Shown here: piece after piece, positions 38,190 through 46,105 of the stretch
How the letters are laid out: each line of letters begins with the position of its first letter
How positions within the stretch are numbered: the first letter of the stretch is position 1
Notes under the pieces: model-generated
The model's input: the letters and a program-made list of their open reading frames with translations, nothing else
What the model was told of the DNA's origin: nothing
Database searches by the model: none
Assembly: GCA_949297275.1 (NCBI GenBank)
Contig: CASFQR010000001.1
Span: forward strand, 93 to 64,092
Source of the DNA: an uncultured bacterium
GTDB taxonomy: Bacteria > Bacillota_I > Bacilli_A > RFN20 > CAG-826
Length of the DNA: 64,000 bases
Reading direction: 5' to 3'
Position numbers and translations under genes: made by a program

Positions 38190-39572
38190 TTAATTAATTT
38201 TGATTGCTTTGGTTGTATCATCATCAAAAAGATGATATTTATCTAAGTCAAAAGTGACACCGATATTGCCACCATGACCATATTTAACTTCCGCTGGAGC
38301 TTTTGCAATTAATTCATCTTCACCAAAAATGGTATGAAGATGATATTCGTTGCCGAGCAATTCAGAAACTTCCAGTTTAACATTAACTGCTGAAGACCTA
38401 TTTTTCGGTAAAGCTTCTTCACTTGTTAAATGCACATCTTCTGGTCGAATACCAAAAGTGAGCGGATGTTCTTTAGTTTGAACATAGATTTGAAATTTAC
38501 GAATTGCTTCTTCTTTCCAAGCCTTTTCTTTCATAATTTCATCAACATATGTTTCGATTTCACTCTTAAAGCGAATCCCTTGGGCTTGCTCTAAAGCGAC
38601 ATATTCTTCGCGCGTTTTATATTTTTTTACTTCTTCTTCTAAACGCACGATTTCATGTTGATAATAATCATCATGATTCTTAATTTGCTCTGGAGTAAGT
38701 TTAAATTTTAAATCGTGAACAGTAATGACACCATTATTATATGAACCTTTTAAAAGATTCATCGCCGGCGCACCAATAAAGGTGGCAACGAATTTATTAT
38801 TTGGGTGATTGTAAATTTCTTCAGGTGCGCCAATCTGTTGAACATGACCTTTACTCATAACAACAATGCGTGTCGCCATCGTCATTGCTTCGGTTTGGTC
38901 GTGTGTAACATAGATAGTAGTAGCTTCTAGGCGTTCATGTAATTTAATAATTTCACTACGCATCGAAACGCGTAACTTCGCGTCCAAGTTCGATAATGGT
39001 TCATCCATTAAGAAAACTTTGGCTTTTTTAACAATCGCACGACCTAAGGCCACCCGTTGTCTTTGACCACCACTAAGGGCTTTGGGTTTACGTTCAAGCA
39101 ATTCTTCAATTTGTAAAATCTTCGCGGCTTCATGGACGCGGCGATCAATTTCAGCTTTGGGGAAATGTCGAATTTTTAAACCAAAAGCAATATTGTCATA
39201 AACTGACATATGTGGGAACAAAGCATAACTTTGGAAGACCATTGCAATATCACGATCTTTCGGTGTTAAATCATTTGAATAAATGCCATCAATAAATAAA
39301 TCACCACTGGTGATATCTTCTAAGCCAGCAATCATTCTTAAAGTAGTTGATTTACCACAGCCACTTGGGCCAACAAAGACAATAAATTCATATTTTTTAA
39401 TATCTAAATTAAAATCATAGACCGCTTGATTATGATTATCATAGATCTTGTTGATGTTTCTTAAAACGATATATTTATCATCGCTTTTTTCAATAGTTGG
39501 ATCTTTTTTAAGCAAAGATTTAGTTGCTTCATCCATTACTTTTTCTTTTTTCTTCTTGTTAAATAATCCCAT
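38190..39572 (-). CDS. Multiple-sugar ABC transporter ATPase (MsmK/MalK/UgpC-type) with N-terminal extension and a charged insertion
   Basis: Walker A 'GPSGCGKST', signature '[14 protein letters not shown]', Walker B '[12 protein letters not shown]'. It is 460 aa, against the roughly 370 aa I expect for this family. Confidence 0.85.
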   Translation of the reverse strand: MGLFNKKKKEKVMDEATKSLLKKDPTIEKSDDKYIVLRNINKIYDNHNQAVYDFNLDIKKYEFIVFVGPSGCGKSTTLRMIAGLEDITSGDLFIDGIYSNDLTPKDRDIAMVFQSYALFPHMSVYDNIAFGLKIRHFPKAEIDRRVHEAAKILQIEELLERKPKALSGGQRQRVALGRAIVKKAKVFLMDEPLSNLDAKLRVSMRSEIIKLHERLEATTIYVTHDQTEAMTMATRIVVMSKGHVQQIGAPEEIYNHPNNKFVATFIGAPAMNLLKGSYNNGVITVHDLKFKLTPEQIKNHDDYYQHEIVRLEEEVKKYKTREEYVALEQAQGIRFKSEIETYVDEIMKEKAWKEEAIRKFQIYVQTKEHPLTFGIRPEDVHLTSEEALPKNRSSAVNVKLEVSELLGNEYHLHTIFGEDELIAKAPAEVKYGHGGNIGVTFDLDKYHLFDDDTTKAIKIN

Positions 39573-39659
39573 AGTTTTTCTCCTTTAATTTCATTTAACA
39601 ATAAAACAAAATTAAAAGTGAATTAGGCACAGTGCACAAAGATAAATATAAAAATCTAA

Positions 39660-40232
39660 TCAAAAAATTAAATACTTCAAATTATAGTAAAGGAGAAAAT
39701 AGGAAGCGTTAAAATAATCTCTAACATCACAAGATGTTATATCGATAAATTTATTGAGGCGATAGATGAAAGTATTGCGATGAATAAAGAGATTAAGCGA
39801 TGTAATAATCGCATTTAAATCATTGTTAATATAATTATAAATCGTGATGACTAATTCTTGATCAATATCATTAAATTCATCTTGAATTAAAGTAATAATT
39901 TGTTGATCGCGACGAACAATAAGATATAAAGAGGCTTGATATAAAGAAATTGCTTGGTTTTTAAAATTAGGAAATAATTTATGTAAGGCATATAAAGAAG
40001 ATTTATTTAAAGCGTGGGTAAATAAAAAGAAAATATTTAAGCCTAATTCTATATTAAACATTGCAATATTGGATTGGAGTTTAGAATAAAAACTTTTATC
40101 TTCAATCACATAACCTTCTTTTTCGTCTAAAAAAATAATTTTCTTTTTTGACACCCCAAAAGATTCAAATAATTCTATAAAATCATTTTCTTTTATTTTT
40201 TTATCGGTTTTAAACAAGAAATATTTTTGCAT
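39660..40232 (-). CDS. PucR/CdaR-type C-terminal HTH protein
   Basis: The C-terminus 'LFIHRNTFIYRLNKFIDITSCDVRDYFNASYF' matches the PucR_C HTH pattern (HRNT..YRL..I...G.D..D). Confidence 0.5.
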   Translation of the reverse strand: MQKYFLFKTDKKIKENDFIELFESFGVSKKKIIFLDEKEGYVIEDKSFYSKLQSNIAMFNIELGLNIFFLFTHALNKSSLYALHKLFPNFKNQAISLYQASLYLIVRRDQQIITLIQDEFNDIDQELVITIYNYINNDLNAIITSLNLFIHRNTFIYRLNKFIDITSCDVRDYFNASYFLLYYNLKYLIF

Positions 40233-40307
40233 AATTTGATGAAATGTCTTGGTTTTGCGGTTAATTTAAAGTAAAACTCCGCTATTTTTTAAGATAAGAT
40301 TCATCGC

Positions 40308-40610
40308 TTAAAGGAATAGCTTCTTCAGAAGGATAGCGATGGACTTCCTCGTAAGATTGTATTTATTTCTTAAAGCAATAATCTTTTCCATCACCTTAGA
40401 TTGATAGTGTCTATTAAGTGCTTCTTGGTTAACCCACTGGTCCACTAAAAGAACTGTTTCTTCATCATTTAAAGATAAATAATATTCGTATTTAAGATTA
40501 CCTTCTATGTTTCTTATTTCTTCCACTAAGCCACTATCAATCATTTCTTTAGCGAACAAAATAGCGTTACCATTTTTTCCATGATAATAAATATTAATTG
40601 TTAAAGCCAT
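40308..40610 (-). CDS. ABM-domain (antibiotic biosynthesis monooxygenase-like) small protein
   Basis: 100 aa. The '...EGNLKYEYYLSLNDEETVLLVDQWVNQEALNRHYQS' pattern is typical of ABM ferredoxin-like domains. Confidence 0.5.
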   Translation of the reverse strand: MALTINIYYHGKNGNAILFAKEMIDSGLVEEIRNIEGNLKYEYYLSLNDEETVLLVDQWVNQEALNRHYQSKVMEKIIALRNKYNLTRKSIAILLKKLFL

Positions 40611-40722
40611 CAGCGATTCCCCTTTATTATTTTAATATAAAATAGCCCTCGCGTTAAAAAGAAAAGTCAAAGACTATTTTGCCTAAAGTTTTTAGATAAT
40701 TAATGATAAAAATTAAATGAGA

Positions 40723-41817
40723 TTATTTAATGTCACTAATGGAGGTAATTTCTCGATCACATAAATCCAAATCCTCGTTTATACCTTCAATCGTGAAAAA
40801 ATCTCGCGGAGGTAAAAGGGCGTTATCAACACTAAGTCGCGTTCCAAATTCATCAATAGCGAATGCTTCAATGATGGACGCTGCCTCTTCACCAGGTGAC
40901 CACGCTAGGGTGGTAAAAACGCTATGATAGCCCTGCTCTTTAACTAATTGTAAGGCTAATTCACGCGCGCGAAAAGCACCACAAACATCAATCTTATGAG
41001 GATCTTTCCCATAGATTGCCCCACCACCAATTGGAATCGCTGGACCATAAAAATCAAGGCATAATTTCTTCCCCGATAACCCATTATCGCCAATCGGCCC
41101 ACCTTGGATAAAATCACCCGCCCCATTAAGATAAAAATATTCATTATCAATCGTCGCTAAGGATTGCAAGATAGTGCCACTAAATAAATCATCTAGGCAA
41201 TCATCAACGGACTTTTTAACTAACTCAAATAAAGACTCAAACGATCTTGCTCTTTTATGTTGAACACTGATGGTAAGTCGCTGCCACTGATAGATGCCAT
41301 TATTACTATTAATCTGCGTTAAGATTTTAAAATCTGGACCAACTGTTAACCAACCGCTTAGTTTTATTTTTAATTTTTCCCCTAATTTAAGTGCAACAAA
41401 ATGTTCAATTGGTAGATAATCAGTTTCAGGGGAATTTAAAGCATAACCATGAACGACATTTTGATCATCACTATATTTTCTTATTTCTCTTTCGTCATCA
41501 GATAATTTTTCAATACAAACATCTAAATAAATTTCTAATTCTTCGGGATAAGGATGAAAATCTAAAGTAGAACCATATCCTGCTTCTAAATAGACTATTT
41601 TAACGATATCTTTGATTTTTTCTTCGTCAATGACTTCTTTATCTTTTCCTGCCGCGATTCTCCCATCAATAAAGACCTTATTCGTATGAATCGCACATTC
41701 TAAACCACATAAAGCGTCTTGATCATAATAAACAACATAATCAACTATTTGATCAACAATCGCATCGCATAAGCGATCGGGATGACCAGGTGAAACATAT
41801 TCAGCTACTAATATCAT
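40723..41817 (-). CDS. Divergent MetK-family methionine adenosyltransferase (SAM synthetase)-like protein
   Basis: Aligned by eye to E. coli MetK as I recall it. 'SPGHPDRLCDAIVDQIVD' matches SEGHPDKIADQISDAVLD, and 'DDQNVVHGYA' matches GDQGLMFGYA. 'GGPIGDNGLSGKK' matches GGPMGDCGLTGRK, and 'IGGGAIYGKDPHKID' matches HGGGAFSGKDPSKVD. It is shorter (364 aa) and has several substitutions in conserved blocks. Confidence 0.75.
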   Translation of the reverse strand: MILVAEYVSPGHPDRLCDAIVDQIVDYVVYYDQDALCGLECAIHTNKVFIDGRIAAGKDKEVIDEEKIKDIVKIVYLEAGYGSTLDFHPYPEELEIYLDVCIEKLSDDEREIRKYSDDQNVVHGYALNSPETDYLPIEHFVALKLGEKLKIKLSGWLTVGPDFKILTQINSNNGIYQWQRLTISVQHKRARSFESLFELVKKSVDDCLDDLFSGTILQSLATIDNEYFYLNGAGDFIQGGPIGDNGLSGKKLCLDFYGPAIPIGGGAIYGKDPHKIDVCGAFRARELALQLVKEQGYHSVFTTLAWSPGEEAASIIEAFAIDEFGTRLSVDNALLPPRDFFTIEGINEDLDLCDREITSISDIK

Positions 41818-41819
41818 GT

Positions 41820-43139
41820 TTAAAACTCCTCAAAATATTTGGTAATATTTAATAAATAATATTTGGTATAATTCCCGAATAAACCGCAATAAATTTCCAC
41901 TTGTGAGGCTTTAATCTTTTGATAATATGTTGATGAAACTTGACCAGTATCGCCATCAGTTAGAATTAATATTTTCTTTGTTTGCTTATGTTTTGGTAAA
42001 GAAAAATAATGATTAAAGATACAATCTAAAGAAGTACCACCAGTAGATTTAAATTTACCGTCGCGGAAATCTTGATAAGAAATCGATGTAACGGTTGTTG
42101 AAAAGGTAAAGAGCAAACATTCTTTATTTTGATATGGTTTTAATAAAAGCGGGGCAAAATGTCTTATCTCATCGACAACCGAACCAGAGACATCGAGATA
42201 GACCATCGAACAAACATTACTCTCCCTGACTCTTTGACGATTGATTAAAGTGGAATGATATAAAAGGGGCTTTTGGTACACGAGTGATTTAGCTAATAAG
42301 GTTCGATCTTTATAATCGGGCACTAAGGAGATGGCATCTTCTTTTAAATATTGGGTGGAGTTTTGTCTTTTGGAAATATTATCTAGTAATACACCTGATT
42401 TTCTTAATAATCTTTTCATTTTATTTTTAGCGATGCGATCTGCTTTTGCTAATTGAATAACTTTATTCTCTAATTCACCACCTAAATCACGACCATTAAA
42501 AGTCATTTCTTTTGGCCATTTAGTAATTACTTCATCAAACATTCTTTTTAATAAGGGATTATTCATGTCGTCATTCTGTCTAGAATGATTGCCTAAAAGA
42601 AGATATTGACCGTTTTGTAACAGATCTTTTAATTCTTTTAAGATGCATTCATAGACCTCAAAATAAGTGCCAGTGTTAGTGAGATATAAATTTTTTAAAA
42701 TAGGAATAAATTTTGCAGGTGTATTTTTTCCTAGTGGCCGTAAAATGCAGCTTGGAAATGTTTCTTCGCTATTCGCATTTTGAAAGAAAGAAACATATTC
42801 TTCACCAGGAAACATCCGGCATAACATCGCGTTAATCACCGCATCAAAAGCGATATTATCAATTTTACTATGTCTTTTAAATAGATGCGTGTGTCCTAAA
42901 ATAATGTGATAAAGCTCGTGCATCACTAACATAAAGAGATGTTCGTTGCTTTGACAATAAGTATCAACAAATGCTTTATTTAGGATTAATTCTGGTCGAG
43001 CACTACAAGTAATTGCTGCTGAAGATGTCTCGTCTTCGCTAAAACGAATATCCATCAATTTTAAAAACTCCATCATGTGTAAAGAACTTGTAGGAATCAC
43101 CGCGAATAATCTTTTTTTAATATCGTTAATCTCGCTCAT
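41820..43139 (-). CDS. HExxH metallopeptidase-like (DUF2201_N-type) + von Willebrand A domain protein
   Basis: N-terminal half has 'FMLVMHELYHIILGH' (HExxH). C-terminal half has the MIDAS motif 'VYLDVSGSV' (DxSxS) and a downstream 'LILTDGDTG'. The start overlaps the upstream stop (ATGA). Confidence 0.75.
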   Translation of the reverse strand: MSEINDIKKRLFAVIPTSSLHMMEFLKLMDIRFSEDETSSAAITCSARPELILNKAFVDTYCQSNEHLFMLVMHELYHIILGHTHLFKRHSKIDNIAFDAVINAMLCRMFPGEEYVSFFQNANSEETFPSCILRPLGKNTPAKFIPILKNLYLTNTGTYFEVYECILKELKDLLQNGQYLLLGNHSRQNDDMNNPLLKRMFDEVITKWPKEMTFNGRDLGGELENKVIQLAKADRIAKNKMKRLLRKSGVLLDNISKRQNSTQYLKEDAISLVPDYKDRTLLAKSLVYQKPLLYHSTLINRQRVRESNVCSMVYLDVSGSVVDEIRHFAPLLLKPYQNKECLLFTFSTTVTSISYQDFRDGKFKSTGGTSLDCIFNHYFSLPKHKQTKKILILTDGDTGQVSSTYYQKIKASQVEIYCGLFGNYTKYYLLNITKYFEEF

Positions 43140-43594
43140 GAATTTACCTCCCTAGCAGGAAAAAGCAAAATGCGTTTAAATTTATTTTCTACAAAACTAA
43201 GTGGACGATTAGGAATATATAAATCACCTACTGTCGAAGCAAAGACTAAGATGAGTAAAGGAATATTTCTACATGTTTTATGATGATATTGTTTCATCAA
43301 GCATTTTGATTCAAAAAGACTAATATTTTCATTCTTTAGTTCAATCGCTTCGGCTATCATATAGCCGGTTGGTTTTTCAATCATTCGACCAAGATCTGGA
43401 TGCTTTTTATAGTAATGTTTAACCTTTTTCTCTAATTTTGCTAAATTAAATTTATGAATTCCAAGTAAAAATGCGAGCATCACAGGATTAAAAGAAATAT
43501 ATTCTTCTAATTGTTCTTGACGAAATTTCACCTCACTGCGAGAAGGAGCGGACATGTTATGCAATAATCCACTCATAAATTGAGTTCCTCCCAA
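43136..43594 (-). CDS. Hypothetical protein (about 146-152 aa) between the MoxR and vWA genes
   Basis: No recognisable motif. The likely start is ATG at 43576, which overlaps the upstream TGA (ATGA) and has GGGAGG 9 nt upstream. Its stop overlaps the vWA start. Confidence 0.45.
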   Translation of the reverse strand: MGGTQFMSGLLHNMSAPSRSEVKFRQEQLEEYISFNPVMLAFLLGIHKFNLAKLEKKVKHYYKKHPDLGRMIEKPTGYMIAEAIELKNENISLFESKCLMKQYHHKTCRNIPLLILVFASTVGDLYIPNRPLSFVENKFKRILLFPAREVNS

Positions 43595-44973
43595 GTATCA
43601 ACAAAGAAAGCAAACAAACCTTTCGGCTCGTCTTCTGATACATATTGATCGGGTAAATAAGAACATAAATAATTATTTAAATATTTCTTATATTTAGCGT
43701 TATCAGGAACAGTATGCAGTAACACTACCACCATATCCGCGCATTTCTTCTTACTTAATGCTTCTAAAGAGATGTGTTTCTTCGTTTCTAAAATCGGTCT
43801 AATTTCATTCGCTAAAGTTTCCATAATAGCCGCGTGAATCTCGCTATTATCGCGAAAAGTTAAATAAGTAAATAAGGCCATCGCGCGACGAACTTTATCG
43901 TATTGAATTTGATTAAGCGAGGATAAAATCGCATCATTAATCATCTCAGTTTTGACCGTCTTCTTATTCTTAATTAATAGTTTTAATCGTTCGATTGGAT
44001 CATTAGTCAATAAAAGATCTTTTTCAATTGATTCATCTAGGCTTGCTAATTGCAAGGCTTGTTGACAAATATTCATGAGTAAGGTTTTATCAATCTCCTC
44101 ATTCGCTACATTAGGCAAAGTATTTTGAATATGTAAATAAGCGGCCTGATGAAACGATGCTCCTTGATTAAAATGACTATTAATTACTTTCATAGCTGCG
44201 TAGATATAAATAAAAGAATCTTCTAACATCGTCGCGCGACGAGCCGAAAAATAACCAAAAGAGTTTTTTAATAACCCCATCAAAGTAATGATATATTTAA
44301 CAATCGTTTCGAGGTTTGTCTTTAAAATATCTTGATAACATTCTTGAGTCTCTTTAATTAATGTATAGATATCAACGGGAAATTCATGTTTACCTAAATG
44401 ATTATCAATGAGCATGTTTCTTTTATCTTCATCATTTAAATTATCCCAAGTAGGTACTTCGATAATATAGGGAAAGCGATCTGCTAAAGCTGGATCGAGG
44501 GGCAAGGCCCCAATGTAAGATAAATCATCTTCCTCATCATCATCTTTACTTGGTGGATTCATGGCCGCCCAACGATATTTTAATTTGGTTAAATTTGTCC
44601 CTTGCACTCTTTTATCATAGATAATTGGGAACAATTTATTTTGTAATTCTGGTTTGGTGCGATTAAGTTCATCGATAAAAACAACTTCCGCATCCCAAAT
44701 CGCATTCGGGCTAGAAATATAACTTAAGGCCGTGTTGTTATTAACTGGAACAGGGATCCCCACTAAGTCGTCATAATTAATTAAAGAAGCATTATAACAT
44801 CTAAATGTTAAACCTAGGGATTCCGCTAGACGCTCTAAAATAAATGATTTCGCACTACCATGTTTCCCAATGAGAAGCAAAGGAGATTCGCTAGCTAAAG
44901 CCGCTAAAATAACTGGTTCTAAATGTGGCCAACCAAATAAGCCTAGTGGTTCGGTAATTAATGAATTATGCAT
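43573..44973 (-). CDS. MoxR-class AAA+ ATPase with long helical C-terminal extension
   Basis: Walker A 'LLIGKHGSAKS', Walker B 'VVFIDELNRTKPELQNKLFPI' (DE(I/L)NR hallmark), sensor-1 'AAMNP' and 'ALADRF'. AGGAGG lies 5 nt upstream of the ATG. Confidence 0.8.
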   Translation of the reverse strand: MHNSLITEPLGLFGWPHLEPVILAALASESPLLLIGKHGSAKSFILERLAESLGLTFRCYNASLINYDDLVGIPVPVNNNTALSYISSPNAIWDAEVVFIDELNRTKPELQNKLFPIIYDKRVQGTNLTKLKYRWAAMNPPSKDDDEEDDLSYIGALPLDPALADRFPYIIEVPTWDNLNDEDKRNMLIDNHLGKHEFPVDIYTLIKETQECYQDILKTNLETIVKYIITLMGLLKNSFGYFSARRATMLEDSFIYIYAAMKVINSHFNQGASFHQAAYLHIQNTLPNVANEEIDKTLLMNICQQALQLASLDESIEKDLLLTNDPIERLKLLIKNKKTVKTEMINDAILSSLNQIQYDKVRRAMALFTYLTFRDNSEIHAAIMETLANEIRPILETKKHISLEALSKKKCADMVVVLLHTVPDNAKYKKYLNNYLCSYLPDQYVSEDEPKGLFAFFVDTWEELNL

Positions 44974-45006
44974 ATATCCTCCTGACTAAATAGCCATAAA
45001 GAGGAT

Positions 45007-45140
45007 TAAAAACTCCCATCGCCATGATGGGAGTAATAAGTGTTAATAATTGTCCCCATCATGCAAGCTTTGGCACCCAACTTAACTTGGGTTGCCGGTG
45101 GATCATTGGGCTTGTCCCTAACCACACTCTTTATGGATAT
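45007..45140 (-). promoter_or_regulatory. SAM-I (S-box)-like riboswitch with terminator/antiterminator expression platform
   Basis: Minus strand: UAUCCAU-AAAGAG-UGUGG-UUAGGGACAAGCCC-AAUGA-UCCAC-CGGCAACC-CAAGUUAAGUUG-GGUGCCAAAGCUUGC-AUGAUGGGGA. It carries the S-box blocks AAGAG, (G/U)AGGGA..GCCC, AUGA, GGCAACC and GGUGCCAA. P1 pairs UAUCCAU (45139-45133) with AUGGGGA (45059-45053). The terminator is ACUCCCAUC-AUGGC-GAUGGGAGU-UUUU (45034-45008). The antiterminator pairs CAUGAUGGG with CCCAUCAUG. P4 is unusually short. Confidence 0.7.
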
Positions 45141-45176
45141 GTTTATATTATTGAACTTTTTTGCGAGTTTTAGCAA

Positions 45177-46043
45177 CTATTTTTTATTTATTTCGCCATT
45201 AAATTTGCTACTACCGATTGTTTGATGGAATTGTTTGATGATTGCCTCTATTTCAGGATCAATCATTAGATAAAGATATTTATCTTCAAAAGCTGACAAG
45301 GTTTTTGGTGAATAATATGCTTCACTGATTGCACCTGCCATCGCCCCCAGTGTATCGCAATCGCCTCCGAACGCGACACAATTTCTAATTGCATCTTCTA
45401 AACTATTAGAAATTAAGAAACAATAGATAGCCTGCGGCACAGATTTTTGACATATTCCAAAAAAGCGATAATCTTTTACTAATTGATCAAAATCTAATGT
45501 TGCTATTTCTGGATAATAATCAGCAATCATTCTTTCTCTTATTTCGTCTTTAGAGGCACCTTTTAAAGCAAGATAGATGCACATACTAACGGCTTCCGCG
45601 CCTTTTAAGCCTTCGATGTGATTATGAGTAATTTCAGTCACTGTTTTCACTAATAATTTTAAATGCTCTTCAGAATCGGCCACCCAACTAACAGGCGAAA
45701 TACGCATTGCACTGCCATTACCGTATGAATTATATGGAGGTGCAGGATATCCTAATGTTTTTGATTGGCGACACCATTTATAAAATAATGCCCCATAACC
45801 TGCTCGAGGATAACATTCATAAGCGTGAATAAATTCTTTGGCTAAATCAGCTTGGAGAACTTTAAGCGCTGACGCTGAATAATCAATCGGATAGTGTTTA
45901 ATAATGGTTTTAGCAACGGCAATTGTTAAATAAGAATCGTCGGTCATGCGCATTCTCTTATTATAAATATTAAATTGTTTAGTTTTAGAAGGATGAAATT
46001 CATAGATTGAACCCACCATATCTCCAATAATTGCGCCTAACAC
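45177..46043 (-). CDS. ADP-ribosylglycohydrolase (ARH/DraG family)
   Basis: N-terminus 'LGAIIGDMVGSIYEF', then 'MTDDSYLTIAVA', 'GNGSAMRISPV' and 'GGDCDTLGAMAGAISEAYY' are the characteristic ARH blocks. GTG start with AGGAG 8 nt upstream. Confidence 0.85.
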   Translation of the reverse strand: MLGAIIGDMVGSIYEFHPSKTKQFNIYNKRMRMTDDSYLTIAVAKTIIKHYPIDYSASALKVLQADLAKEFIHAYECYPRAGYGALFYKWCRQSKTLGYPAPPYNSYGNGSAMRISPVSWVADSEEHLKLLVKTVTEITHNHIEGLKGAEAVSMCIYLALKGASKDEIRERMIADYYPEIATLDFDQLVKDYRFFGICQKSVPQAIYCFLISNSLEDAIRNCVAFGGDCDTLGAMAGAISEAYYSPKTLSAFEDKYLYLMIDPEIEAIIKQFHQTIGSSKFNGEINKK

Positions 46044-46063
46044 CTTATCAACTCCTTTCTATT

Positions 46064-46092
46064 AGCATAGGAAACCTTTTATCTATCGTCAA
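46064..46092 (-). promoter_or_regulatory. Candidate promoter of the ADP-ribosylglycohydrolase gene
   Basis: On the minus strand: TTGACG (46092-46087), 17-nt spacer, TATGCT (46069-46064). Confidence 0.4.
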
Positions 46093-46105
46093 TTTTGATA
46101 GTCCT

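Noticed and set aside
45012-45034. Reading the 9-bp hairpin plus U-run simply as the terminator of the ADP-ribosylglycohydrolase gene
   Set aside because: It lies about 140 nt past the ARH stop. The intervening sequence carries ordered S-box motifs and a mutually exclusive antiterminator pairing, and the hairpin sits about 25 nt before the next gene's RBS. All of this fits a riboswitch expression platform. I also considered a T-box leader, but saw no specifier-loop or T-box consensus.
45040-45225. Plus-strand 61-aa ORF spanning the intergenic region between the ARH and MoxR genes
   Set aside because: It overlaps the S-box riboswitch on the opposite strand and runs into the ARH 3' end. It has no RBS and an odd composition. 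The RNA element explains the region better.
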